In this document: positions 40,615-54,110 of the stretch, piece by piece
How positions within the stretch are numbered: the first letter of the stretch is position 1
Layout of the letters: every line of letters starts with the position of its first letter
NCBI RefSeq assembly: GCF_039654945.1
Contig: NW_027361711.1
Location: 682,001-746,000 of the forward strand
DNA length: 64,000 nt
Direction of reading: 5' to 3'
Source of the DNA: Dendrobates tinctorius
Lineage: Eukaryota
Position numbers and translations under genes: made by a program
Notes under the pieces: model-generated
What the model saw: only the letters and a program-made list of their open reading frames with translations
Database searches by the model: none
Told to the model about the DNA's origin: nothing

Positions 40615-40962
40615 GACTATGTGCACACGTATGCAGAAAATTTCTGCATAAAAACCAGACTCCTTCCCAGAAAACGCACGTTTTTTTCAGTGCATTTTTG
40701 CCGCGATTTTTGCATGTTTTTGCTCCGATTTTTTCCGTGTGTCCCCAGACACATAGAAAATAGCTAGAAATGCGGAATTTTCTGCGAAATTAATGAGCAT
40801 GCTGCGTTTTTTACCGCAAAGCGTTTTTTTCGCGGAAAAAAACGCATCAATATGCACAAAAAGTGCAAAATGCATTAAAATGAATGAGAAGCTTCTTTTA
40901 AGCGTTTTTTGAGCGGATTTTTTGGTAAATCCGCAGGAAAAACGCTGTGTGTGAACACAGCC
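40615..40962. mobile_element. Harbinger/PIF-type MITE
   Basis: TTA|GACTATGTGCACAC ... GTGTGAACACAGCC|TTA. Confidence 0.75.
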
Positions 40963-40966
40963 TTAA

Positions 40967-41562
40967 AGGGAATCTGTCAGCTGTTTTGGCCGCTATAAGA
41001 TGCGGCCACTGCCTTACAGGGCTTATATACAGCATTCCATAATGCTGTAGATAAACCCCCGATCCGACCTGCAAGATAAGAAAAATAAGTTTTATTATAC
41101 TCACCCTGGGGGGCGGTTCGGTCCAATGGATGTCGCAGGTCCAGGTCCAGTGCCTCCCATTTTCTTGCAATGCTGTCCTCCAGCTTGCTTCATGCCTCCC
41201 TGGCATCGCGCTCCTGCGCAGACATACTTCTCTGCCCTGTTGAGGGCAGTGCAAAGTACTGCAGTGTGCAGGTCCCGGGAAAGGTCAGAGAGACCCAGCG
41301 CCTGCGCACTGCAGGAATTTGCTCTGTCCTCAACAGGGCAGATAAGTATGTCTGCGCAGGAGCGCGATGCCGGGAAGCCATGAAGCAAGCAGGAGGGTTG
41401 TGGCGCAAGAAGATGGGAGACGCCGGACCTGGACCTGCGACACCCATCGGACCAGACCGCGCCCCCGGGTGAGTATTATAAAACTTGTTTTTCTTATCTT
41501 GCAGGTCAGATCAGGGGCTTATCTACAGCATTATAGCGGCCAAAACAGCTGACAGGTTCCCT
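40967..41562. mobile_element. young T2/Kolobok-type MITE, ~600-bp palindrome
   Basis: TTAA|AGGGAATCTGTCAGCTGTTTTGGCCGCTATAA ... TTATAGCGGCCAAAACAGCTGACAGGTTCCCT|TTAA. Confidence 0.9.
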
Positions 41563-42045
41563 TTAATGATAAATGTGGTGCATCTATGTTTACACCGCCT
41601 ATTAGGTAGTTTACTTATTTTCTGCTAAATATTTGACAAAAGGTTTGTGCACTTTTTGAAGCGCAAGCTGCTGATTACCGTATATATTTATATATACACA
41701 CACACATTAAAAATCTGGTGCACAGTCTGTACTTCAGCTTTTTGAGGCAAGGTAATTCCATAGAGTCTATCGTACTAATGCTGCTCCTCTTCACTATGTT
41801 CCCAGGCATCAACACCCGATGGGGGTTTTACGTCACAGCGGCAGTCTTTACAGTCTGGACAAACCGGCATTGATAATGTCCTCTAAAGAGAACTTATCAG
41901 CTTTTCTGACCAGTCTACTTTGATAAATACTTACATTTTTAATGAAATAATACTGCTTCACCAATAATAAGGATTCTGCTGTGCAATCCACCTGCTTTTC
42001 CTTCTAGAAATATATAGATATCACCAGTTGTGAGTGTCTCTAGAC

Positions 42046-42353
42046 CAGGGGTGGGGAATCTTTTTCCTGCCATCCTTTGGGGGCTGTACAAATTGTGCAC
42101 CAAATCCGCCCACAAAGAACATGCTGACGCTGACACTGGAGTCAGGACTAATCTTTCCTTGCACGCGCCCCAGCTTTCAGCAGTGAACATTACGTGCACG
42201 TGCTTACAGAACAAGAAGAAATGAATGGGCAGGCGGGCGGGCGGCCATCAAAATAAAGCTGACTAACCAGATACTGCATTCCCCGTGAATCTGCCAGGTG
42301 GCCGGATAAAAGGTCATTGAGGGCAGTGAATAGCCTGTGGTTCTCTACCCCTG
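42046..42353. mobile_element. hAT-type MITE
   Basis: CAGGGGTGGGGAA...TTCTCTACCCCTG TIRs; TSD not recovered. Confidence 0.55.
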
Positions 42354-43285
42354 CCAATCATACTGACAGTATTGGACAGTGGAATGACACATCCCTTTGA
42401 AAATAGTGATGCCCAGTTATCAATTTAAGCATGAGCTACATGGATTAATTTTGCAGTGCTACTGATTGATTTTAACTATTGAATGCTGCAGTCTACACAA
42501 TTACATACATCTCAATGTATACTGTATCTCACCGTTATCAATCTGCTGCCAAAAAAGTCATTCAGTAGGAGAAACAGAGGAACACGTCTCAGAGTTCGTT
42601 CTAAGAACTGATGCTCCCCCACTATTTTATATTGGGGAATACAAGTACTGGCATTTATTAAATCAGACCTGTCAGGAGAACCGACACGTTCTTTTTGAGG
42701 ATGTTCTCACGCATTGAATAGTAATAATGACGCGAAAAGGCAGAATCACTCAATGTTATGCAAAAAAAAAAGTACAGAATTTTTTATTAATGCACTTGAT
42801 GGAATAAAAACTAAATAATATCAGTTGTTATCACTTAAATTAAACAACAAAATGTGAAACCAAACAAACAAAAAAAATAGGTAAAACAATCTATTTTCTA
42901 TTAGGCATAATGTGTCGCTCTAGGGGAAGACTGCGCTAGCTATCTGCTGAAAGCAATAATTCTGTTCACATCATGTTTAGCTGACAATTCTACTTGTTCT
43001 TCGCAATGCCTGCAGCTTTTTTCCTAATTGACTCTTAAATACAATGAATTGATTATTTAGCTCCTGAAATGGTTGCAAACAATAGGGAATATCTACAAGC
43101 TATAAATAGGAAACCAGAAAATTAAAAGCAGGTGCTGACAGATTTTACATTTGCCTTCTATGCCAGTGTGGTAGCAGAATTGTAGCTTCTAAAAGACACA
43201 CATTCTGTTCTCATATAACAGCATATGTTCTATATTCGAATCATGTATTGCTGTGGCTTTTATGTGCCTAGAATAATATTATGGG

Positions 43286-43762
43286 TGTCAAGAATCGAAC
43301 CCAGCAGTTCTTGTGTACCAGCTCTTCCCTCTGAGATATTCAGCTCCCTGGACAATTCTGTACTAACCCAATACTTGCACCAGTGTTGTTCCTGATTGGC
43401 TCCTCCCTGATTGAATATCCTACTTAAACCTGGGATTGCACTCCCTTCGTTGAGAGATTATTGAGCTACCGGCCTCTCGTCAAGCTTCTTTTCACCTGTG
43501 CCTTCATTCTAAGATTATACTGCTGCTTCCGTGTACCGACTCATTGGCTATCCCTGACTACACTACATGCTGATTCTTTAAACTACATTGCTACTCCTGT
43601 GTACAGACCCCTGGCTATCCGTGACTACGCTACATGCTGCTCCTTTAAAATACATTACTGTTCCTGAGTACCGACTCCTTGGCTATCCCTGACTATGTTA
43701 CCTGTCGGTGAAGCCCCTAGTGGTTGCGATACCACTACTCCAACCCAGGTCTGTCCATAACA
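43286..43762. mobile_element. solo LTR
   Basis: TGTCAAGA...CATAACA with exact 5-bp TSD ATGGG. Confidence 0.8.
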
Positions 43763-43775
43763 ATGGGAACGAAAT

Positions 43776-44760
43776 GTGGATAATATGTGGTTCCTCTGCG
43801 CTGCTGAAGAAGATCCAAAAATTCCAGTAGACTTGATAAAACCTGAAGCAGTTTTTGTCACGATCCATATTGGATTGTGACAGATAAAGCGCAAGTAATC
43901 TTTTTTTTCTTTAAGCCTTTGGCTAAAGGTTAGTTTTGCCCCCGGTGGCCGCTGGGGATTATTGCACTGTAGTTGTTTTAGTTCTGGTTTTGCCCCCCGG
44001 TGGCTGCTGGGGTTACTGCACGTGAATTACTAAGCAGGTGTGATTAACCTGGTTCCTACCTATAAAGGAGTGTCAGGTGTTTCAATCACTGTTGGTAATG
44101 GTCATTTCCAACCATACTTTGGTGAAGGAAGGTTCCTTGCAGCTCAGTCAGAGATTTGGTGTGGAAGGCGCTACAGAGAGGAGTTCCTAGCAGCTCTGTC
44201 AGAGCTTTGGTGAAGTAGCAGCTATTCAGGTGGAAAGCTGCATTCGGGTGCCGGACTCTGTTGCTGGGAGCAATAGCAACAGAGCAAAGATAAGAGGTGT
44301 TTTCCCTGTTTGTATATTTTTCCTTGTGTGTGTATTAGTGCAGCGGTGGTATTAGTCTCTGCACCATCCAGCTCACTAGTAAGGGATAGGTGCAGGGTGA
44401 GCTAGGGATTGAGGTATCCAGCTCGGCGACAGGTGAAGAGCCTGTATAGGGAATGTGAGGAGTGCAGGAGGTCTCCACGTCCCCGTTCCCTAGTGCAGGG
44501 CCCACCGTTGTATCTGATTTCCCCAGTGTTCCCCTTGTTTGTCCAGGTGTTAGTATCGTCCTGCGGGTCGCAGCATAGAGGACAGTTCACACCGTGACAG
44601 TTTTATTATCAACGTGTTTCAAAGTCATTACACTTCAACAGACAGAAGACAGATGACTTTGATATGCGTTTATACTAAAAGCATATAAAGTTTTATTGCG
44701 CCTCCTGGAATTTTTCTTTGAATCTTCATCAGCAGCGCAGAGGAGCCACATATTATCCAC
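43776..44760. mobile_element. fold-back PLE-like remnant split by the solo LTR
   Basis: Arms 43776-43827 and 44705-44760 are reverse complements; eroded hammerhead-like motifs at 44611-44670. Confidence 0.5.
43856..44599. mobile_element. solo LTR
   Basis: TGTCACG...CGTGACA with exact 5-bp TSD GTTTT; TATAAA near 44061. Confidence 0.85.
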
Positions 44761-45261
44761 ACTTCTATTACTTTATGGTTTGTTTGCCCATGTATCTACA
44801 GCAGCTGATTTATTCACGCTTCATCAATGGCACCAGGTGAGCAATTACCTGCTATTACACCTCCTCTTTTATCAAATAAGACCCTATTGTGCTTCTCTGT
44901 CCCCAGTTGTCTCCTGCATTAAAAGAATATTATGGATGAGACCACCTTGTGTAGCAGAAAGTCAACCAAAATTCTGTCCATGATTTAAAATTGTGCATCT
45001 ATTGACCAACGCAGGTGGGCAACTGTCGGCCATGTAGCCAGCCCCATTGTGTGATCTCACCATATTGGAAATAATGTGTTCATTTCAGCAATTCTGGTTA
45101 AGCTGCGAGGCATACACATAATTTTAATGAGCTCAATCTATACAATCTTTGTGCAAAAATGGCATCAGTTAGCAGTAAAACCACACATGGTGCTTACACA
45201 AAATAGGTGTACAGACACTAATATTACCATAAATAAATTAGGTCGACTATTTGGGGTGATC

Positions 45262-45512
45262 ACCAAGCTACGACGCTTACGTTGGATACATCATACAAAG
45301 ACAACAATCACTGGAGAAGGACATCATGGTCAGAATAATAGAAGAAACAAGGCGTTAAGGAAGACCAGCAACCTGATGGATTGTTACCATCAAGATAATG
45401 GCGGAGAAGACCCTGGTGGACCTATGTAGGCTTGCACAAGGTTGACCTTGCTACAGAACTCACTCAGCCATCAAGTCACCATGGCTCGAGATCGAGCTGA
45501 AGGCCGTTAAAA
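45262..45512 (+). mobile_element. RTE-clade (BovB-like) LINE 3' fragment
   Basis: A frame with stops reads GYIIQRQQSLEKDIMVRIIEETRR*GRPAT*WIVTIK...LCRLAQ, matching the RTE C-terminal pattern FGHI.RR..SLEK.IM.G..EG.R.RGRP..RW. Confidence 0.7.
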
Positions 45513-45735
45513 ATAGAAAAAAGGGAATCTTTTGCCTAATTTTAGAATATGACTAAAGCATGTGTAGCCTGCATGTTAGATAGACATCCTAGAAGTCAGG
45601 CCATGACTGCTAAACATTTTACTATGTATTTGGCATGCTATACATTGATAATTAGTATATGAAGACAAGAAAACATTTGGCATCACACTGCACTATCCTT
45701 GGTCTCTTAGCAGATACCTATGCCGCATCATTATA

Positions 45736-47782
<2,047 letters not shown>

Positions 47783-48304
47783 TAACTGTGATTTTGTCAA
47801 TTTCATTTACTCTCAGTCTGTAATACAGCTGCAAGAATATAATTGAAGCAGGTTAACGAGATTTCTGTGTCTATTAATGTAATAAACCAAACATTTTTGG
47901 AACAGATGCTAATGTAAGTCTGAATACCAGATCTAGAAATGATGCCTAATTATACTAATTTGTTCCACCTGTCTGCAAATTTGCACTTACTAATATCAAA
48001 ATGAGATTTTCAGAGCGTCTTTTTACTTGGGTAATAACCAAATGCCCCCTGTAAATTGATTCCTTGAGTTAGATACATGAATCAATTGGCAGGATCTACG
48101 TAGTCAATGTCCCATGTGTGTGTATGCCTGGTACGGCTACTTATCACAAGTACAGCTTTTCACAGGAGTTCAGCAGGTTAGTTTATTTGAGTAAATGGAA
48201 GGTCATGATAAAATCTGACAGCAGATATGACTATTGTCTTTCTAAATAATCTAAATTAAAGGGTTAGTCTCATGATTGATTTTCAGGAGTGCACCACTCC
48301 CGTG

Positions 48305-48552
48305 CAGGGTTGCTAACTGACTAGAAACTCCAAGACAGTCTGTAAAAATAGAGCACTTTTTTGCTCTGTCCGTAAAATTTTGAAGGAATCCGTGATTTTT
48401 TTTGGAGTGGACAGTAATTTATACAGATTATTTTGACTGTAATTATGATAATTTTAAAGTTTACAGTGAATGCAGATGTCTACAGATCAGAATTATGTAT
48501 GTTCATGATTTTTTGATAAGCTGCCCAGAAAATTGAAAAGTTGGCAACCCTG
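48305..48552. mobile_element. hAT-type MITE
   Basis: CAGGGTTGC...GGCAACCCTG; 8-bp TSD ctcccgtg/ctcccctg. Confidence 0.8.
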
Positions 48553-49031
48553 CTCCCCTGGTCATCATTGGCGGTGCACTCTTGAAGGTGGACAGTCCAA
48601 CATGTTGTGTTCCCGTGCGGACGGTGGGCACGTCAAAGCGATGCACACGGACACGTCCGCATACAATGCATGTCTCTGTGTACCCAATGTTAAAGATAGG
48701 TACGCAGGACTCATGCACATCTATGCGGATCTGAAGGGAAGAAGTACGCAGCCCTACGCAGACCACCCAAACGCAAGTGAGAACCCGGCCTTAATGGTAT
48801 TACACTCCCACAAGGTTGAAATCTGCTTTCTCTAAGAGAAAAGCTGTATTACGCCTCAATAAGCAAGACTTACAGAAAGAAGAAAGGGAGCCAAGACTTA
48901 CAGAAAGGAGTACAGAAATGGAAGACAGGGAGGCAAGAGCTGCTTCCTCATGGGCACTGAAACGTTTCAGCAGAGAATGCGCCTCCACCGTGTACAGACG
49001 GGAGGGAACCTGCGAGATGTACAGGTATATA

Positions 49032-49272
49032 CTGACCTCAATATTATTGAGCCACTCTGGGGAGATCTCAAGCATGCATTTCATGCTAGACAGCCCAGGA
49101 ATTTACAGCAACTGGAGACTTTTTGCCAAGAAGAATGGGCAGCTTTACCATCTGAGAAAATAAAGAATCTCATCCACAACTAACACAAAAGACTTCAAGC
49201 TGTCATTGATGTTAGAGGGGGCAATACACGGTATTAAAAAATGGAGTATGTAAACTTTTGATCAGGGCCATT
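49032..49272 (+). mobile_element. Tc1 transposase C-terminal fragment
   Basis: DLNIIEPLWGDLKHA...FCQEEWA...[15 protein letters not shown]. Confidence 0.85.
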
Positions 49273-49934
49273 TGATCAACCCCCATCTGTGGACATCGGA
49301 CCCTCAGACCATCCTCATGGAGTTGGTTTCTAACTGTTTGTGCAGACACATGCACATTTGTGGCCTGCTGGAAGTCATTTTGCAGGGCTCTGGCTGTTCG
49401 CCTCCTTTTCCTCCTTGCACGAAGGCGGAGGTAGCGGTCCTGCTGCTGGGTAGTTGCCCTCCTACGGCCCCCGTCACGTCTCCTGGTGTACTGGCCTGTC
49501 TCCTGGTACCGCCTCCAGCCTCTGGACACTATGGTGACAGACACAGCAAACCTTCTTGCCACAGCTTGCATTGATGTGCCATCCTGGATGAGCTGCACTA
49601 CCTGAGCCACTTGTGTGGGTTGCAGAGTCCGTCTCATTCTACCACGACTGTGAAAGCACAACCAACATTCAAAAGTGACCAAAACATCAGCCAGAAAGCA
49701 TTGGTACTGAGATGTGGTCTGTGGTCCCCACCTGCAGAACCACTCCTTTATTGAGGGTGTCTTGATAATTGCCAATAATCTCCATCTGTTGTCTATTCCA
49801 TTTGCTCAACAGCATGCAAAATTGATTGTCAATCAGTGTTGCTTCTTAAGTGGACAGTTTGATTTCATAGAAGTTCGATTTACTTGGAGTTATATTCTGT
49901 TGTTTAAGTGTTTCCTTTATTTTTTTGAGCAGTG
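49273..49934 (-). mobile_element. Tc1 transposon 5' fragment (paired-like HTH region)
   Basis: [59 protein letters not shown]; TIR CACTGCTCAAAAAAATAAAG on the minus strand with TA. Confidence 0.9.
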
Positions 49935-50844
49935 TATATACGGTATATATATATATGTATGTATATATCTAATATATAAAGCTCAATGTGTGTGTGTGTA
50001 TGTGTGTGTATGTCCGGGATTGGCATCTGTACCGTTACAGCTATAGCCTCAAAATTTTGCACAGTCACACGTCTGGACCCCGAGACCGTCATAGGCTATG
50101 TTGTGAGGCGAAATTTTAACCCCACGCGTTCCAATTCACCAAACAATTTTGCCCCTATCTACATAATGGGGAAAAAGTGTATGTGTGTGTATGTCCGGGA
50201 TTGACATCTGCACCGTCGTAGCTACAGCCACAAAATTTTGCACAGTCACACGTCTGGACCCCGAGAGCGTCATAGGCTATGTTGTGAGGTGAAATTTTAA
50301 CCCCACGCGCTCCAATTACAATTTTGCCCCTATCTACATAATGGGGAAAAAGTGAAAGGAAACGTGTTGGAGGCAAATTTGATAGCTGCCAGATGTGAAC
50401 AAGGGGGACTTAAAGAATGAGAGCGATGGCGCCAAAGAGTATATACCGTACAGTTGCTAAGGTGGGACCCTGACATGGGATACTCACCACACACGGGGAT
50501 ATGAACACACATACAAAATGTGCCACACACTACCACGTGCTTCAACACATATACCACCCTCAACACACATTTCACCACACATACACCAACTTAGCCACAT
50601 AAAAGTCGAAACACAAAAGTCACCACTCAAAACTCGCCACGCTGTCCCAGAGCTGTTTAAAAGATGAAAAATGAGCTGTGATTGGTTGCTATCAGCAACA
50701 GTTTTCTTTGTAGACAGTTGTGGTAACTGATGCCTATTATTCTTATAATTTCTATGGTGTTATCGTCCTTCTGTAAAGCTGGAAATAACACAATTTATTA
50801 CCGTGCCAACACAGACCACCCTCTGACAGACTGCTGGGGGAGCC

Positions 50845-51494
50845 CAGTATCACACAGGATAGGATTAGATACACGGCTCAGCAGTCAGTATCACACAGGA
50901 TATAATTAGATACACAGTTCAGCAGTCAGTATCACACAGGATAGGAATAGATACACGGTTGAGCAGTCAGTATCACACAGGATAGGAATAGATACACGGC
51001 TCAGTAGTCAGTATCACACAGGATAGGATTAGATACACAGCTCAGCAGTCAGTATCACACAGGATAGGATTAGATACACAGCTCAGCAGTCAGTATCACA
51101 CTGGATAGGAATAGATACACGGCTCAGCAGACAGTATCACACAGAATAGGATTAGATACACAGCTCAGCACACAGTATCACACAGAATAGTATTAGATAC
51201 ATGGCTCAGCAGACAGTATCACACAGAATAGGATTAGATACACGGCTCAGCAGTCAGTATCACACAGGATAGGATTAGATACACGGCTCAGCAGACGGTA
51301 TCACACAGGATAGGATTAGATACACTGCTCAGCAGTAAGTATCACACAGGATAGGATTAGATACATGGCTGAGCAGTCAGTAACACACGATAGGATTAGA
51401 TACACAGCTCAGCAGAAAGTATCACACAGGAGAGCATTAGATACACAGCTCAGCAGACAGTAACACACATGATAGGATTAGATACACAGCTCAG
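50845..51494 (+). repeat. 41-bp tandem array (~16 units)
   Basis: Unit CAGTATCACACAGGATAGGATTAGATACACGGCTCAGCAGT. Confidence 0.95.
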
Positions 51495-51496
51495 AA

Positions 51497-51809
51497 ACAG
51501 GATGTGCCAAAGGAGAGGACATTTTCATTCCAAGAATTCCACTCATTCCATCTGATTTGTTTTTTGATTTTAAACGCCTCCAGTTTCCAGTTCAACTGCT
51601 ATCTGCAATGTCCATTAACAATGCTCAGGCACAGTCCTTGAAAGTAGTAGGGATCGATTTAAGTAGTAGGGATCGATTTGCAATCTCCATGCTTTTCTCA
51701 TGGTCAACTTTACGTGATCTGTTCAAGAGTTGGAACTGCCAAAAATCTGTTCATCTTTGCAACGAAAGGAAGAACCAAACATGTTGTCTATCAAAAGGCT
51801 CTTGAATGA
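51497..51809 (+). pseudogene. Helitron RepHel Pif1-family helicase C-terminal remnant
   Basis: TGCAKGEDIFIPRIPLIPSDLFFDFKRLQFPVQLLSAMSINNAQAQSLKVVGIDL / QSPCFSHGQLYVICSRVG...KHVVYQKALE*; frameshift from a 19-bp tandem duplication (51642-51679). Confidence 0.9.
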
Positions 51810-51983
51810 GTTTAAAATAAAATACTATCAATACTTGGGTAATCGTTTAGTTAATTTGTGTTGCAAATCTGTAGTGTTGAATATATGATGTTAAATGTTT
51901 TTATGTGCAATATAATCACTATAATTTGCTATAACTAACCACAGTTGGTTACTATGCCCAGGCAACGCCGGGCTCTTCAGCTA

Positions 51984-52029
<46 letters not shown>

Positions 52030-52162
52030 CTCTTGCAAAAACACCACATCAAAACCCTGTCATGGGCAGCCCATTCTCCATACCTGAACTAGAGCGGGTG
52101 CAGAGAAGAGGGACCAAGGTTATTAGAGTACTGGGGGGTCTGCAATACCGACAGGTAATTAC

Positions 52163-52726
52163 GGTCATGATCTAGACCGGGTTTTGAGTCCTGTCTGCCC
52201 CTTTCCCTGTCTGGTCATGTCAGGGGTTATCTTTATCTTGCCTCATTTTGGTTTCAGGTCTGTTATTTCTCCCTGCTGCATCCTGCAGGCGGTCTCAGTT
52301 ATATTTTCTGCCTACGGTGTGAGTTTCTGACTCTGGTGGTACGCTGATTTGTCCTGCTGCGTTTACTGACTTTGCCGTGTCTGTTCCTTCCCTTCTGCCC
52401 GTCCTGGCTTAGTGTTTTCCCTTTATATTTGGATATCCCGGTGTTTGACTCGGCTTTGGCTCTGACTTGACTTCGTCTCTTGCTTCTGGTACTTCTGCCT
52501 TTGACTGGTATTGACCCTCTGGCGCTCCACTGACTATGTGCTTGGTTTTTCCCCTTGTACTGCGTGACAATCTAGGTTTTGACTCGGCTTGTTTGACTAC
52601 TCTGCTGCCACCTGGTGATAGCCTCACTGTAGCTCTGCAGGTCTGCTCTTGCAGACTTGCTGTCCTCCTTCCACTCTATTGCCATATAGTGGAGTTTGCA
52701 GCTACCTGCATAGCTGCAGCGTGACA
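52163..52726. mobile_element. solo LTR inside the CR1
   Basis: (t/g)GTCATG...CGTGACA; 5-bp TSD attac/tttac; the CR1 sequence rejoins across it. Confidence 0.75.
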
Positions 52727-53038
52727 TTTACACTTTGGGTTATTTAGTTTGGAAAAATAAAGGCTTAGGGGTGATCTTATTATAATGTATAAATATATGA
52801 GGGGACAGTACAAAGACCTTTCTAATGATCTTTTTACTCTTAGATCGGAGATGGGGACAAGGGGGGCATCCTCTACGTCTGGAGGAAAGAAGGTTCAATC
52901 ATAATCACAGACGCAGATTCTTTACTGTAAGAGCAGTGAGACTATGGAACTCTCTGCCATATGATGTTGTAAGGAGTGACTCGCTACTAAAATTTAAGAA
53001 GGGACTGGATGCCTTTCTTGAAAAGTATAATGTTACAG

Positions 53039-53085
<47 letters not shown>

Positions 53086-53089
<4 letters not shown>

Positions 53090-54110
53090 CTCACCTCCTC
53101 ACTGACCAAAATCCCACATTGTCTGTCTGCTATTTCAGCCTTCCTTTCTGCTCGCTTTCTCAAACTGAACATGGACAAAACAATTCATCATCTTTCCCCC
53201 ATCTCACTACCCCTCCACCAGACCTATCCATCATTGTCAATGGCTGCTCGCTTTCCTGAGTCCCGCCCGCTTGGTGCCTTGGAGTGATCCTCGACTCTGT
53301 CCTCTCATTCAAACCACACATCCAAGCCCTTGCCTCCTCCTGCCGCCTCAAACTCAAAAATATTTCCAGAATCCACGCATTCCTCAACCATGAAACCACA
53401 AAAACACTAGTGCACGACCTTATCATCTCCCGCCTCGACTACTGCAACCTCCTACTCTCTGGCCTCCCCTCCAGCATTCTGGCACCACTCCAGTCCATCC
53501 TACACTCTGCTGCCTGACTAATCCACCTGTCTCCCCGCTATTCCCCAGCCTCCCCCATATCCCAGGCCCTTCACTGGCTTCCTATTGCCCAGAGGCTCCA
53601 GTTCAAAACCCTAACCATGACATACAAAGCCATCTACAACCTGTCTCCCCCATACATCTGTGACATGATCTCCTGGTACCTACCTGTACGCAACCTTCAA
53701 TCCTCTCAAGATCTACTTCTCTACTTCCCCTTCATCTCTTCTTCCCACAACTGCATACAAGACTTCTCCTGTGCTTCCCCCATACTCTGGAACTCTCTGC
53801 CGCAACACATCAAACTCTCACCAACAACGGAAACCTTCAAGAAGAACCTGAAGACCCACCTGTTCCGACAAGCTTACAGCCTGAAATGATCCTTAGTCTA
53901 CTGAACCACCGCACAACCAGCTCTATCCTCTCCTAGTGTATCCTCTCCCATCCCTGTAGACTGTGAGCCCTCACGGGCAGGGTCCTCTCTCCTTCTGTAC
54001 TTGTGTGTCCCTTGTCTTGCACATGTTTATTATACTTGTCTATATTTCACCTTTTCACATGTAAAGTGCCATGGAATAAATGGCACTATATAAATGTATA
54101 ATAATAATAA
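53086..54110 (+). mobile_element. 5'-truncated L2 LINE
   Basis: LKLNMDKT, ILDSVLSFKPHI, SRLDYCNLLL, LWNSLP, FKKNLKTHLF; (TAA)n tail; preceded by (TA)n at 53041-53085. Confidence 0.9.

Larger units (their letters stand above)
49968..51984 (+). mobile_element. non-autonomous Helitron, copy 1
   Basis: A|TC 5' end; 3' hairpin GCCCAGGCAACGCCGGGC then CTAG|T; no TSD; contains a RepHel helicase remnant. Confidence 0.92.

Noticed and set aside
48940-48972. CTGAAACGTTTCAG palindrome next to a TGAGGAAGC motif on the minus strand
   Set aside because: The motif order and stems do not fit a hammerhead fold.
48816-49163. 115-aa ORF or possible exon ending ACAG|GTATAT
   Set aside because: No recognisable domain or acceptor site, and the 3' part runs into a Tc1 fragment.
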